Positions 20,470-30,681 of a stretch of DNA of 64,000 nt are shown piece after piece; position 1 is the first letter of the stretch, and every line of letters begins with the position of its first letter. The translations under genes and the position numbers were made by a program. This DNA is from SAR202 cluster bacterium. GTDB lineage: Bacteria > Chloroflexota > Dehalococcoidia > Lucifugimonadales > UBA6952. The notes beneath the pieces are model-generated. The model was not told the DNA's origin. It did no database searches and saw only the letters and a program-made list of their open reading frames with translations. The DNA is taken from assembly GCA_009392515.1 (NCBI GenBank), contig VFGE01000026.1, forward strand, positions 2,322 through 66,321, written 5' to 3'.

Positions 20470-20754
20470 TCAATCTTTTGTGGTAAGTAAATGTCGCAAA
20501 ATATCTTCATTGCTACGTATATTTCCCTCAATAGTTGTGACCTTTGCAGGGTCTATATTGATTAAGGATGAAGCATAATTTCCTTCTCGAAATTTATTAA
20601 TGGGGTAGGCCAATTTTCTCATTCCCCATCTATCCCAATCTTCTATAGTTCCCTCATTAGAATTAACTAAAGTAGATAAATTATTTATAATTTTATCCGA
20701 ATTCTCCTGATCTACCTCGGGACTTATAACAATCACTAATTCATACTGTTTCAA
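20470..20754 (-). CDS. rpsF: 30S ribosomal protein S6
   Basis: 94-aa ORF with MKQYELVIVISPE...WGMRKLAYPINK. First gene of rpsF-ssb-rpsR. Confidence 0.92.
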   Translation of the reverse strand: MKQYELVIVISPEVDQENSDKIINNLSTLVNSNEGTIEDWDRWGMRKLAYPINKFREGNYASSLINIDPAKVTTIEGNIRSNEDILRHLLTTKD

Positions 20755-20843
20755 TTCTTATATCCTTTTTACCCAATTTATATTGAAGAAAGATTATAGC
20801 ATGAAATTTTAAATTACGCATATTTTTCATTAGAATCATATGT

Positions 20844-21737
20844 TTATCCCAATAGTTTCTTTATTACTTTGATGTGTTCTGGGGTTGTACTACAGCATCC
20901 TCCTACAATCGATGCTCCGCTATTAATCCATTTAGCAACCTCTTCAGAATAAGATTTTTCATCAATTATTTCACTAGATTCTTTTTGTGACCTTTCTGGA
21001 TCTAATTCTGTTTTATGCCCAGTTGTATTAACTAAAACAGAATTAGCATAGCCGCCTATTGGTTTATTAGTTAACTTACTCAGCGTTTCAATTCCTTGTG
21101 TTATCAAATTAGCGCCACCACAATTGACTAAATATGCTGCTGCGTCAAGGTAGGATATTGCATTATATGCATCCTCTAGCTTTTCACCACTGGGTAAAGT
21201 GTTGTGTTTTGTGCCTTGTAACGTCCAACTCATCCATGTCTCTGTTCCTGTATTAAGTCCAGCACGTAAAGCAGTTTCGGCTTCAACACTACTAGCCATC
21301 GTTTCACAAATAATAATATCAACTTTATTTTTTAATATAGACGCTATTTCTTGATAATAATCAGCCATTACTTCTTTTTCCAATATTAAATCAGCTCGAT
21401 AACTAGTTTCGAGTGGTGGTAAAGATCCGAGGATCTTTACGTTCGCACCTGATTTCTTTACGGCTTTTTTTGCGATATCAATTGCCCGGAGGGTTAGTTC
21501 TTCAAGTTTATAAGCAATATTCGCTCGTGATAAAATTGGTTGGGTTAAAGCATAATTGTTAATGATTATGTGATCTGCACCTGCACATATATAATCATAA
21601 TGTATTTCTTCAACCACCGTTGGATTATCAATTAATTCTTGAGCTGACCAAATAGACTCGATATGTGATGGTACATTATATCCTCTGCGTTTTATTTCGG
21701 TACCGGTCCCACCATCTAAAAGTTTTACGTTTTTCAT
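20844..21737 (-). CDS. homocysteine S-methyltransferase (MmuM/BHMT-like)
   Basis: Has LLDGGTGTE near the N-terminus and the Zn-ligand motif GGCCSTTPEHI near the C-terminus. The ORF is open to 21797. I prefer the internal ATG at 21737 (MKNVKLLDGG), which leaves room for the divergent promoter. Confidence 0.85.
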   Translation of the reverse strand: MKNVKLLDGGTGTEIKRRGYNVPSHIESIWSAQELIDNPTVVEEIHYDYICAGADHIIINNYALTQPILSRANIAYKLEELTLRAIDIAKKAVKKSGANVKILGSLPPLETSYRADLILEKEVMADYYQEIASILKNKVDIIICETMASSVEAETALRAGLNTGTETWMSWTLQGTKHNTLPSGEKLEDAYNAISYLDAAAYLVNCGGANLITQGIETLSKLTNKPIGGYANSVLVNTTGHKTELDPERSQKESSEIIDEKSYSEEVAKWINSGASIVGGCCSTTPEHIKVIKKLLG

Positions 21738-21816
21738 ATTTTCTCTTTTACTGTCTTTAATCCAATTATATGTAATAATGTATTTCAAATAACTCAATAG
21801 TTACAAGGTAGATTTA

Positions 21817-22515
21817 ATGATAAAAACAATATTTTTTGATTTTTTTGGGACGTTGGCAAAGTTTTATCCTGAGAGAGAAGAAATACAAATTCAAGCTTTG
21901 AATCAATTTGATTTAAATACCACTCCTGAAAAAATTAAATATGGTTACAAATTTGCCGACTCTTATATGGAAAAAATTAATTCTAGCGATAAACCTCTTT
22001 CATTAATGGACATTACCGAGAGAAGTATTTTTTTTAGTGAGTATGAATCTTTGATTTTAGAACATGCAGGTTTAAATGTAGATTTGATAACTGCTGGGAA
22101 TATATGGCAAGCTGTCCAAAAGATACCGTATGGATTTAAACTATATGATGATGTTATACCGGTTTTTGATCATCTACATACTCTTGGTTATAAATTAGGC
22201 ATTATTACAAATATGGGTAAAAATCTATATGGGATTTCTGATCAATTAGGAATATCGCAATATTTATCTCATATAATTACTTCAGAAGAAGTAGGTATAG
22301 GGAAACCTAGACCAGAGATTTTCCAAGCTGCACTAAAGGCGTCAAATTCTACTATTAATGAAATTATTCATGTGGGAGATTCTTATGATTCAGATATAGC
22401 AGGTGCTATAGCTTTAGATATCAAAGCCATTCTTATACAACGTGATGACGAACAGCATAATGCTCAGTATCAATTTATGATAAATGACTTAAAATCTCTC
22501 TATAAATATATTTAA
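21817..22515 (+). CDS. HAD-superfamily hydrolase
   Basis: 232-aa ORF with HAD motifs IFFDFFGTL, ITNMG, GKPRPEIF and VGDSYDSDIAG. Confidence 0.8.
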   Translation: MIKTIFFDFFGTLAKFYPEREEIQIQALNQFDLNTTPEKIKYGYKFADSYMEKINSSDKPLSLMDITERSIFFSEYESLILEHAGLNVDLITAGNIWQAVQKIPYGFKLYDDVIPVFDHLHTLGYKLGIITNMGKNLYGISDQLGISQYLSHIITSEEVGIGKPRPEIFQAALKASNSTINEIIHVGDSYDSDIAGAIALDIKAILIQRDDEQHNAQYQFMINDLKSLYKYI

Positions 22516-22524
22516 ATACTAAAG

Positions 22525-23115
22525 TTATTTGCTTATCGTCCGTAGTCTTTGAATAAATGAAATTAGGGATGTCAAACAAACAATTACCATTGCGATGATA
22601 AATTGGTTTGTGAATAGGCCGATTAATAATATTATCAATCTTTCTGGACGAGTAACTATACCACTTTCTTTCATTTGTATACCAAGACCTTCGCCTCTAG
22701 CTCTGGCATAACTTACAAGAAATGACAATCCTAGAGTTATAATTGGTAAAATAGCCCACTCATAGTTTTCTTGATTAATAAATAAATATGTGGCACCAAT
22801 AAATATAGCTAATTCTTGTATTCTATCGATGACTGAGTCTAAAAATGCGCCAAAAACTGATTCCTTGCCATATTTTCTTGCTAATGATCCATCAAATAAG
22901 TCAGCAACTGCTCCAAAAATTAAAAAAATTGCTGCTAAGATTAAATTATTTAAGCCTATAAGGACTGCAGCTATAATTCCAAGGATTAGACCAAAAACTG
23001 AGAGTAAATTTGGAGATATTTTTAGCTTATAAAAAACAGAAACTATAGGTGATTCAATTTTGTTTAACACGTTATCTCTTATATAATTTCTATAATCCAT
23101 TTTGTGCCTTTTCAT
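22525..23115 (-). CDS. CDP-alcohol phosphatidyltransferase (phosphatidylinositol-phosphate synthase-like)
   Basis: 196-aa polytopic ORF with the family signature D-x2-DG-x2-AR...G-x3-D-x3-D in DLFDGSLARKYGKESVFGAFLDSVIDR. Last gene of the ino1-GT-transferase block. Confidence 0.85.
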   Translation of the reverse strand: MKRHKMDYRNYIRDNVLNKIESPIVSVFYKLKISPNLLSVFGLILGIIAAVLIGLNNLILAAIFLIFGAVADLFDGSLARKYGKESVFGAFLDSVIDRIQELAIFIGATYLFINQENYEWAILPIITLGLSFLVSYARARGEGLGIQMKESGIVTRPERLIILLIGLFTNQFIIAMVIVCLTSLISFIQRLRTISK

Positions 23116-24202
23116 AGCAATCTAATATTTTATCAACCAATATATTCCAGTTATATTGTCGTACTCTATACTTGCCATTTTGAGCAATACTTTTTCTTAA
23201 ATCATTATTATTTATAAGTTTTTCAATACATTGATATATAGATGATACAGAATTAGGTTCGAATAAAAAACCATTTTTACCATGTTCAATAACATTTTTA
23301 AAACCATTTATATTGGATGCAATTACAGGAGTCCCACATGCCATTGCTTCTGTAAGTACTATACCAAAACTTTCATTTCCTGTGTTAGGAGCACAAAATA
23401 AATCTGCTGTTTGGTAGTACATGCGTTTTTCATATTGATCAGTGATAGGTCCAGTACAAACAATATCAGTAGAATTTATTGATTTAATTATATTCACACA
23501 ATCTTTGTCAAGATTACCCGGGCCAATAATTATTAATCGAATTGCATATTTTTTTTTAAGTTCTATATAAGCTTGTAATAGGTATTTTAACCCTTTTCTT
23601 TTTTCTAATCTTCCGAGAAATAATATATTAAATTTATTGTCTCTATATTTATCTAAAGGATTAGATTTTTGTGAAAGAAAATCTAAATCGATTCCATTGG
23701 GTATTACAGTATATTCTCCTGGAAAGTGTTTTTGGACATATTCTTTTGCTGATGCTGAAACCGTAATTTTACTGGAGAGTCTGTTTATAAATTTGGTTAA
23801 ATACCATTTAGTAAATTTGTATGCGTTGTCCTTGTCATTATAGGCATGAAAAGTTCCAATATTTACTGAGGTTGAATGAGAAAGTATTTTTAAAGGTAAT
23901 GAGGGCATAAGTGGTTCATGTAGATGGATAATATCAAATTTTTCTTTATCGAGTATTTTTTTAATTTTCTTGGTTCCCCAGAAATTTAAAGATATTCGAG
24001 CTATGGATCCTGAAACAGGAATCGGAATAGAATTTCCAATTGGGATTATTTGATTTGAGTAGTTATTATTTGTACTATTTATTGGCCCTATATATTTCAC
24101 TTCGTGGCCACGATTTATCAAATGCTCCCCTAGTTGAAACATGTGAGAAACAACACCCCCGGGATAATTTAAGTCATAAGGGGACACCTGCGCGATTTTC
24201 AT
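23090..24202 (-). CDS. GT4-family glycosyltransferase (PimA-like)
   Basis: 370-aa ORF with an N-terminal VSPYDLNYPGGVVSH and the C-terminal GT4 motif ESFGIVLTEAMACGTPVIAS. Overlaps the downstream transferase gene by 26 nt. Confidence 0.8.
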   Translation of the reverse strand: MKIAQVSPYDLNYPGGVVSHMFQLGEHLINRGHEVKYIGPINSTNNNYSNQIIPIGNSIPIPVSGSIARISLNFWGTKKIKKILDKEKFDIIHLHEPLMPSLPLKILSHSTSVNIGTFHAYNDKDNAYKFTKWYLTKFINRLSSKITVSASAKEYVQKHFPGEYTVIPNGIDLDFLSQKSNPLDKYRDNKFNILFLGRLEKRKGLKYLLQAYIELKKKYAIRLIIIGPGNLDKDCVNIIKSINSTDIVCTGPITDQYEKRMYYQTADLFCAPNTGNESFGIVLTEAMACGTPVIASNINGFKNVIEHGKNGFLFEPNSVSSIYQCIEKLINNNDLRKSIAQNGKYRVRQYNWNILVDKILDCYEKAQNGL

Positions 24203-24210
24203 ACTTATAA

Positions 24211-25293
24211 TTATTCTATAGGTTTTATAAAGTCCTCAACCATTTGATGGGCTTCATCGTCGGTATATTGTATTGGTGGAGATTTCATAAAATATGAAGA
24301 AGGTCCAGTTAGTGACCCACTAACTTCTCGGTCTAGGGCAATTTTACAACATCTAACAGCATCAACAACCACACCTGCTGAATTAGGGCTATCCCATACT
24401 TCGAGTTTTAGTTCTAAATTTAACGGAACATTACCGAAGGTAGTTCCTTCTATTCTGATGTGGCACCATTTTCGGTCTTCGAGCCATGGTACATAATCAC
24501 TAGGCCCTACATGAACGTTATCTTTACCCACATCATAAGGAAGCTGTGAAGTAACCGCGTTGGTTTTAGATTCTTTCTTAGATTCTAAACGCTCTCTTTC
24601 CAGCATATTCATAAAATCAGTGTTGCCTCCAAAGTTTAATTGATATGTTCTATCAACTCGAACTCCACGATCTTTAAATAGATTAGTTAGTACACGATGA
24701 GTAATAGTAGCGCCCACTTGAGATTTAATATCATCTCCTACAATAGGAACACCAGCATCTTGAAAACGTCTTTGCCAATATGGTTCTCTTGCAATAAATA
24801 CTGGAATACAATTTACAACACCAACTTTTGCAGAGAGTGCTTGTTCCATATACCATTTTGTTGCCTGTTCGGATCCGACAGGAAGATAGTTAATTAATAC
24901 ATCAACTTCACGTTCTTCAAGAATACTAGCTATAGATGGCATAGAATCTTCAGGATCTGGTGCCTTTTCTATAACTTCAGAAAGATATTTCCCAATTCCG
25001 TCATGCGTCATTCCTCTTTCAACGGTTACCCCTGTTTTTGGAACATCGTGGAAAGCAACAGTGTTATTCATCCCTGAAAATATAGCTTCAGATAAATCCT
25101 TACCTACTTTATCTTTATCCACATCAAATGCAGCGACAACCTCAATATCTCCTATATGATAATCTCCTAAGACAGGGTGCATAAGCCCAGGAATAAATTC
25201 ATTTTCATCAGCTTCTCGGTATTTATGTATACCTTGAACAAAAGAAGAGGCACAATTACCTACTCCGACAATAGCTACTTTGATTTTGCTCAA
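24211..25293 (-). CDS. ino1: myo-inositol-1-phosphate synthase
   Basis: 360-aa ORF with the NAD-binding motif [16 protein letters not shown], plus NFGGNTDF and a bacterial/archaeal-type MIPS layout. Confidence 0.9.
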   Translation of the reverse strand: MSKIKVAIVGVGNCASSFVQGIHKYREADENEFIPGLMHPVLGDYHIGDIEVVAAFDVDKDKVGKDLSEAIFSGMNNTVAFHDVPKTGVTVERGMTHDGIGKYLSEVIEKAPDPEDSMPSIASILEEREVDVLINYLPVGSEQATKWYMEQALSAKVGVVNCIPVFIAREPYWQRRFQDAGVPIVGDDIKSQVGATITHRVLTNLFKDRGVRVDRTYQLNFGGNTDFMNMLERERLESKKESKTNAVTSQLPYDVGKDNVHVGPSDYVPWLEDRKWCHIRIEGTTFGNVPLNLELKLEVWDSPNSAGVVVDAVRCCKIALDREVSGSLTGPSSYFMKSPPIQYTDDEAHQMVEDFIKPIE

Positions 25294-25436
25294 TTTGGCA
25301 TCCTCTCTTTAACGATCTATTTAATATTAATAACGATTAATAATTATTGAGTTACAATAGCTAATAATGATACCAGTAAGCTATAACGTTAGCAAGGTTT
25401 TATGGTACTATACTTTTAGTTTATATAAATGAAATT

Positions 25437-26888
25437 ATGGTGATTATGATGAGTGATAATAATTTTGCATATATGGACATCCAGCAACTATCTAAGTTGA
25501 TGAAAAATTTAGAAGTATCCCCTGTTGAAATTGTACAAACATTTTTAGATAGAATAGATGAACATGATTCAAAAATTAATTCTTTTATTTCAGTTTTTTC
25601 TCAAGAAAGTTTAAAAGAAGCTAAGAGAATTGAAAAACTTTTTTTGGATAAAGAAATTGTAAGTCCTTTACAAGGTATTCCCGTAGGATTAAAAGACCTT
25701 ATATATACAAAAAATCAATTAACAACTGGTGGATCCAAAATACTAAAGGATTATATTCCAGACTATGATGCCACTGTAACATCAAAACTCAGAGAATCAA
25801 ACGCGATAATATTGGGTAAAACAGCTTTATTAGAATTCGCTATGGGCGGGACAATGACTAATGAATATTTTGGATCTACATATAATCCTTGGAATCTAGA
25901 TCATTTTCCAGGTGGTTCAAGTAGTGGGTCTGGTGCAGCTGTAGCTGCTGGTTTGGTGACCTGCGCTTTAGGCACAGATACAGGAGGTTCTGTGAGAGGT
26001 CCTGCACATAATTCTGGAATAGTTGGGTTAAAACCTACATTTGGCCGTGTTAGTCGACATGGAGTTATTCCTTTGAGTTGGTCTTTAGATCACGTAGGCC
26101 CTATGACTCGTACTGTTAAGGATTGCATTTTATTGCTGAACGCTATAGAAGGGTATGATGATACTGATCCTTATTCCGTATCTATGGATCCTATTAATAT
26201 AGACATAAATGGAAATTTTGATTTACAAGGTAAAACAATCGGGATTTTTACTGCATTTACTGAAGATATATTGAGTAAAGACGTTGAAATAAATATACAG
26301 CGAATGTTAGATTCATTTAAATCTTTAGGGGTTAAAATTGTCGAAATTGGTTTAGATCAATTGAGTAAATCTGAGGCACAACAAGGTCCAATACTATATG
26401 ACATCATAGTAGGACCCGAATCATCTGCTTATCATTATACAAATATGAAAGAAAATATTGATTCATATGGAAGTCATCCCCGAAGGCGTTTGGAAGCAGG
26501 ATTGCACGTTATGGGGCATCAATATGTTAATGCTCAAAGACAAAAAAGATTAATTACAGAGAAAATAAAATCTTTTTTTAATCAATGTGATGTAATTATA
26601 GCTCCCGCAAATTTTATGGCTGCACCTAAATTAGATGATTCTAATCCTTCAGAAGATCCAATTCGAAATGCATTACGTCGAAGCTTTACCAGTATGTTTA
26701 ATATTACAGGTTTGCCATCACTCATCGTGCCGATTGGATTTGATGCACAAGGATTGCCCATAGGGTGCCAAATAGTTGCAAATCATTATCAAGAAAATAC
26801 AATATTCAAGTTTGCATTAGAATTTGAGAAAATATCTGACTGGAATCATCATTATTCAACTGTAGATGAGTACTTATCCGCCTCCTAG
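25437..26888 (+). CDS. amidase (amidase-signature family, GatA-like)
   Basis: 483-aa ORF with the AS signature GGSSSGSGAAVAAG and GTDTGGSVRGPA. Confidence 0.88.
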   Translation: MVIMMSDNNFAYMDIQQLSKLMKNLEVSPVEIVQTFLDRIDEHDSKINSFISVFSQESLKEAKRIEKLFLDKEIVSPLQGIPVGLKDLIYTKNQLTTGGSKILKDYIPDYDATVTSKLRESNAIILGKTALLEFAMGGTMTNEYFGSTYNPWNLDHFPGGSSSGSGAAVAAGLVTCALGTDTGGSVRGPAHNSGIVGLKPTFGRVSRHGVIPLSWSLDHVGPMTRTVKDCILLLNAIEGYDDTDPYSVSMDPINIDINGNFDLQGKTIGIFTAFTEDILSKDVEINIQRMLDSFKSLGVKIVEIGLDQLSKSEAQQGPILYDIIVGPESSAYHYTNMKENIDSYGSHPRRRLEAGLHVMGHQYVNAQRQKRLITEKIKSFFNQCDVIIAPANFMAAPKLDDSNPSEDPIRNALRRSFTSMFNITGLPSLIVPIGFDAQGLPIGCQIVANHYQENTIFKFALEFEKISDWNHHYSTVDEYLSAS

Positions 26889-27137
26889 TGCAGGTAAGAA
26901 GTGAACTTCACTATTCTCATTTACTTTTTCAAGTACACCAATACTTCCGACATTCCCATCAATAATAACGGATAGCCCAGGCATAATATCATCTTCATAT
27001 ATTAAAACTTCAGAAATTCCTGGGAAAAGGATTTCAAGATTAGTTATAACTGTTCTTATATTTTTACCCTCAACTTCAACAGTACCGGTAAATCCAGTTG
27101 TTTCTCGCATTTCTTGATTAAACCAAACACTTGCCAT
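26874..27137 (-). CDS. MoaD/ThiS/CysO-like ubiquitin-fold sulfur-carrier protein
   Basis: 87-aa ORF with a beta-grasp-like pattern (VEVEGKNIRTVITNLEILFPG...VIIDGN) that ends in ALGGG. It lies 10 nt downstream of the Mo-enzyme gene on the same strand. Confidence 0.7.
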   Translation of the reverse strand: MASVWFNQEMRETTGFTGTVEVEGKNIRTVITNLEILFPGISEVLIYEDDIMPGLSVIIDGNVGSIGVLEKVNENSEVHFLPALGGG

Positions 27138-27147
27138 AGCTAATAAA

Positions 27148-29475
27148 TTATTTGTTATTATCTATTGCTTCAAGCACTCTCGCAGGATTCATTGGTAATT
27201 GAGTTAATCTAGTGCCAATAGCTTGTTTAATAGCATTCGAAAGTGCTGCTAGAGGAGGCACTATACATACTTCACCAACTCCTCGGACGCCGTATGGATG
27301 ACTTGGATTTGCAACTTCAACAATTACTGTGTCAAGCATTGGTAAATCAAGCGCAGTTGGCATTCTGTAGTCAAGAAAACTTGCGTTCATCATTTTACCT
27401 TCATCATTGTAGAAATATTCTTCATTTAATGCCCAGCCAATTCCTTGTGCTACTCCACCTTGCATTTGCCCTTCGACATATGTTGGATGAATTGCCTTAC
27501 CCGCATCTTGTACAGAGGTATAACGTAAAATTGTTACCTTACCTGTGTCTGGATCAACTTCGACATCTACGATATGTGTTGCAAATGCATTACCTGGCGA
27601 TCCAGGGCTTACTGTAGCACGTCCAATAATTGGTCCCCCAGTAGCATTAAGTTTTCCTGCCATTTCTTTGAATGTCATTCTAAGTTGTGAATCAGAACTA
27701 TGTTTGATTTCTCCATTTTCATATTCAACATCACTTGTTTCTACATCCCAGATTTTGGCTGCTCGTTCAATCATTTGTCTTTTGATATCTAATCCAGCTT
27801 CATAGCAAGCAATACCAGTTTTAAAGGCAACTCCACTACCACCAGTAACTGAAGTGAATCCTATAGTATCAGTATCTCCAATTGATGGTTTGATATTTGT
27901 AGCATCAATACCTAATACTTCAGCTAGTTGCATTGAAACAGCTGTTCTAGATCCGCCAATATCTGGAGAACCTTCAACTAAATTAATTGTACCGTCAGCT
28001 GTGACACTTGCTATAGCACTTGATGGTCCACTTCCGTTAAACCAGAATCCTGAAGCAATACCTCTGCCTCGATATGGACCTTCTAACTTACTTTTATAAT
28101 GTTCATGTTCTTTAGCAGCTTGTAATGTTTCTAGAAAACCAATTTTGCCGAAAACTGGTCCAGTAGCTTGTCTGGTTCCTTCTTTTGAGCCATTAATTGC
28201 ACGAAATTCTAATGGCTCGATACCAAGTTTTTCTGCTAGTTCATCAACAGCAATTTCCATTGCAAAAGATGCTGTTGGAGAACCTGGTGCTCTATATGCG
28301 GTAGATTTGGGAAGATTTGTGCAAATATCATAACCTTCTATGTGAGCATTAGGTATATCATATGGAGCTGTCATACAGCGAGCTCCAGGCAACACAGGAG
28401 ATCCAGGAAAAGCCCCTGATCCATAATATAGTTTTGCCTGAACTGCTGTAATTTTACCATTAGATTTAGCACCTAATTTTATTTTGACATTAGTTGCTGA
28501 AGTTGGACCAGTTCCTTCAAACACTTCAGTACGGTTCAATGTTATTTTTACAGGAGAACCTCCTGATTTTTTTGAAAGCATAGCGGCAATAGGTTCGGAA
28601 TAAACTATTGTTTTTCCACCAAATCCTCCACCTATCTCCATTTGAATTGATTTGATTTTAGATTGAGGAATCCCTAATAACATTGCAGTTAAATCTCTCA
28701 TAGCAAAATGCCCTTGACTACTTGTCCACATTGTTAAATAGCCATCTGATCCCCATCTAACAGTACTTGTTTGAGGCTCGATGTATCCTTGATGTACAGC
28801 TTCAGTTTTTGTTTCTTTTTCAACAATAACATCGGCATCTTTGAAACCTTTTTCAATATCTCCAAGTGCAAATTCAAATTTATTAGCTAAGTTTGTTTGT
28901 TTATCTTTAGGAAGCTCTTCTGCACTAACGCCACCTGCCCGAATAGTGGTAGAGTTTATTGTGACTAGTCTATCATGAAGTATAGGTGCATCTGGTTTTA
29001 TTGCTTCTTCAGGACGCATAACTGGTTTAAGGACTTCATACTCAACTTCTATAAGATCTAAAGCTTGCTCCGCAATTATTTTTGATGTTGCCGAAACACC
29101 TGCAACTGCATGTCCTTTGAATAGCACTTTATCTTTAGCAATACAAAAATTACTCAAAAACATAGGATTTTGCATTGCACCTTCTCCTAAGTCAACAGCT
29201 AATCCATTGAGTATAGGAAAGTCATCAGATGTGACGACAGCTATTACACCAGGCAATTCTAATGCTTTTGTAGCATCAATTTTTATAATCTTAGCATGAG
29301 CGTGTGGGCTTCGAAGGATTTTACCGTGAATATATCCAGCAGGATGTACATCTCCTGAATAATTAGCAGCACCAGTAACTTTGTCTGTAGCATCGTATCT
29401 TTTGACTCTTTTACCAACAGTGTCATATTCAGTTTCAGATAATATTATATTTGATTTGTAATCTGGTTTTAGCAC
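27148..29475 (-). CDS. xanthine-dehydrogenase-family molybdopterin-binding large subunit (CoxL/aldehyde-oxidase-like)
   Basis: 775-aa ORF with a GTG start and GAGGAGG 5 nt upstream. The N-terminus VGKRVKRYDATDKVTGAANYSGDV is typical of large subunits. Also has STAYRAPGSP and the C-terminal YGVRGVGEV active-site Glu region. Confidence 0.88.
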   Translation of the reverse strand: MLKPDYKSNIILSETEYDTVGKRVKRYDATDKVTGAANYSGDVHPAGYIHGKILRSPHAHAKIIKIDATKALELPGVIAVVTSDDFPILNGLAVDLGEGAMQNPMFLSNFCIAKDKVLFKGHAVAGVSATSKIIAEQALDLIEVEYEVLKPVMRPEEAIKPDAPILHDRLVTINSTTIRAGGVSAEELPKDKQTNLANKFEFALGDIEKGFKDADVIVEKETKTEAVHQGYIEPQTSTVRWGSDGYLTMWTSSQGHFAMRDLTAMLLGIPQSKIKSIQMEIGGGFGGKTIVYSEPIAAMLSKKSGGSPVKITLNRTEVFEGTGPTSATNVKIKLGAKSNGKITAVQAKLYYGSGAFPGSPVLPGARCMTAPYDIPNAHIEGYDICTNLPKSTAYRAPGSPTASFAMEIAVDELAEKLGIEPLEFRAINGSKEGTRQATGPVFGKIGFLETLQAAKEHEHYKSKLEGPYRGRGIASGFWFNGSGPSSAIASVTADGTINLVEGSPDIGGSRTAVSMQLAEVLGIDATNIKPSIGDTDTIGFTSVTGGSGVAFKTGIACYEAGLDIKRQMIERAAKIWDVETSDVEYENGEIKHSSDSQLRMTFKEMAGKLNATGGPIIGRATVSPGSPGNAFATHIVDVEVDPDTGKVTILRYTSVQDAGKAIHPTYVEGQMQGGVAQGIGWALNEEYFYNDEGKMMNASFLDYRMPTALDLPMLDTVIVEVANPSHPYGVRGVGEVCIVPPLAALSNAIKQAIGTRLTQLPMNPARVLEAIDNNK

Positions 29476-29579
29476 AAAGCCCTCCTCGATATTTTCATTT
29501 TCGAATTAGATCACTTCAATTTGTATACTAATTAATCAATTGTACATGACTTGTTACATTAATAAAATAGTCTATTTGT

Positions 29580-30551
29580 TTATTTCTTCTTTAAATTACT
29601 ATAGGATTTCACCAAATATGAAAAACCTATTCCCCATTTGTATTTTTTTGCAAGAATTACATATGGAATAAACAAGGTAAAAAATACACTCATAAAGACA
29701 TCTGTCCAAGTTATTCCTGTTTGTTCAATTCCAATATCATAAAATAAAGCGGGGGTAGTAATTACAGAATTCTTTGTTGTAATAAAGAGAAAAACAAACA
29801 AATTATTAGCTAGATGAAATCCAAAAGGTAATTCTAATCCATTGCCTTTAATGGCAATCAAAGCCCAAATAGTACCTGTAGCCATTAATATTGTCATATA
29901 TTTTGCCATTCCGTAAGTAGTTTCTGGGTTAGCCAGATGAGCAACCATAAACAAGCTACCAACAATGAGAGATAAAAGCACTGGATTTTTTGTAAATAAA
30001 CCCAATCCTTGTAAAAAATACCCTCTAAATAGTATTTCTTCAAATCCTACTTGAATTGGTGTTATGATCAAGGCAATTAATATAAATATTATATAAGTTA
30101 CAAAAGAAAAATTTGGGTTAAATTCTAACCCGGTAGAACATTCAATAGATTTATCAATTATATTTTGACAATCATTGCTTGCGAGAGCTAATAGAATCAA
30201 GGGTATACCTGATATAAGAAGTGATATTACTATCGCAAATATAATTCGGTCATATTGTATTGTTTTAAATCCAGTAAGATATGAGATAAGTGTTCGTTTG
30301 TGGATATATTTTGCTACAAAAATAAATGCTACCAACCCAAATAAGAAACCTGACATTAAAGTTATAAAATTTAAAATAGTATATGGACTATTCCCTGATT
30401 GTAATAATTCATCTGTGTTAGGGTGAAGTAGAATTGGTATTATACCTAATATTTGCCATCCTGAAAAAATTAAGATTATACCTAATATCCAGTTTAAAAA
30501 TTGATTACTATGATTTCTAGCTAATGTACTAAACTCATTGGGTATTTGCAC
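29580..30551 (-). CDS. CPBP-family intramembrane glutamic endopeptidase (CAAX-protease-like)
   Basis: 323-aa polytopic ORF with the family motifs GFEEILFRGY, FMVAHL and FGFHLANN. GTG start with GGAGG 7 nt upstream. Confidence 0.8.
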   Translation of the reverse strand: MQIPNEFSTLARNHSNQFLNWILGIILIFSGWQILGIIPILLHPNTDELLQSGNSPYTILNFITLMSGFLFGLVAFIFVAKYIHKRTLISYLTGFKTIQYDRIIFAIVISLLISGIPLILLALASNDCQNIIDKSIECSTGLEFNPNFSFVTYIIFILIALIITPIQVGFEEILFRGYFLQGLGLFTKNPVLLSLIVGSLFMVAHLANPETTYGMAKYMTILMATGTIWALIAIKGNGLELPFGFHLANNLFVFLFITTKNSVITTPALFYDIGIEQTGITWTDVFMSVFFTLFIPYVILAKKYKWGIGFSYLVKSYSNLKKK

Positions 30552-30681
30552 AAAAATACCTCCAAAAAAATAAACTAATCAGATTGTTTATTTGTTTATA
30601 AAAAAATCGCATTATTTAATACTCTTATTATGTTAGGATAACACAAATCTTTATCAAATTTGCAATATGGAGGGTGTAAAT

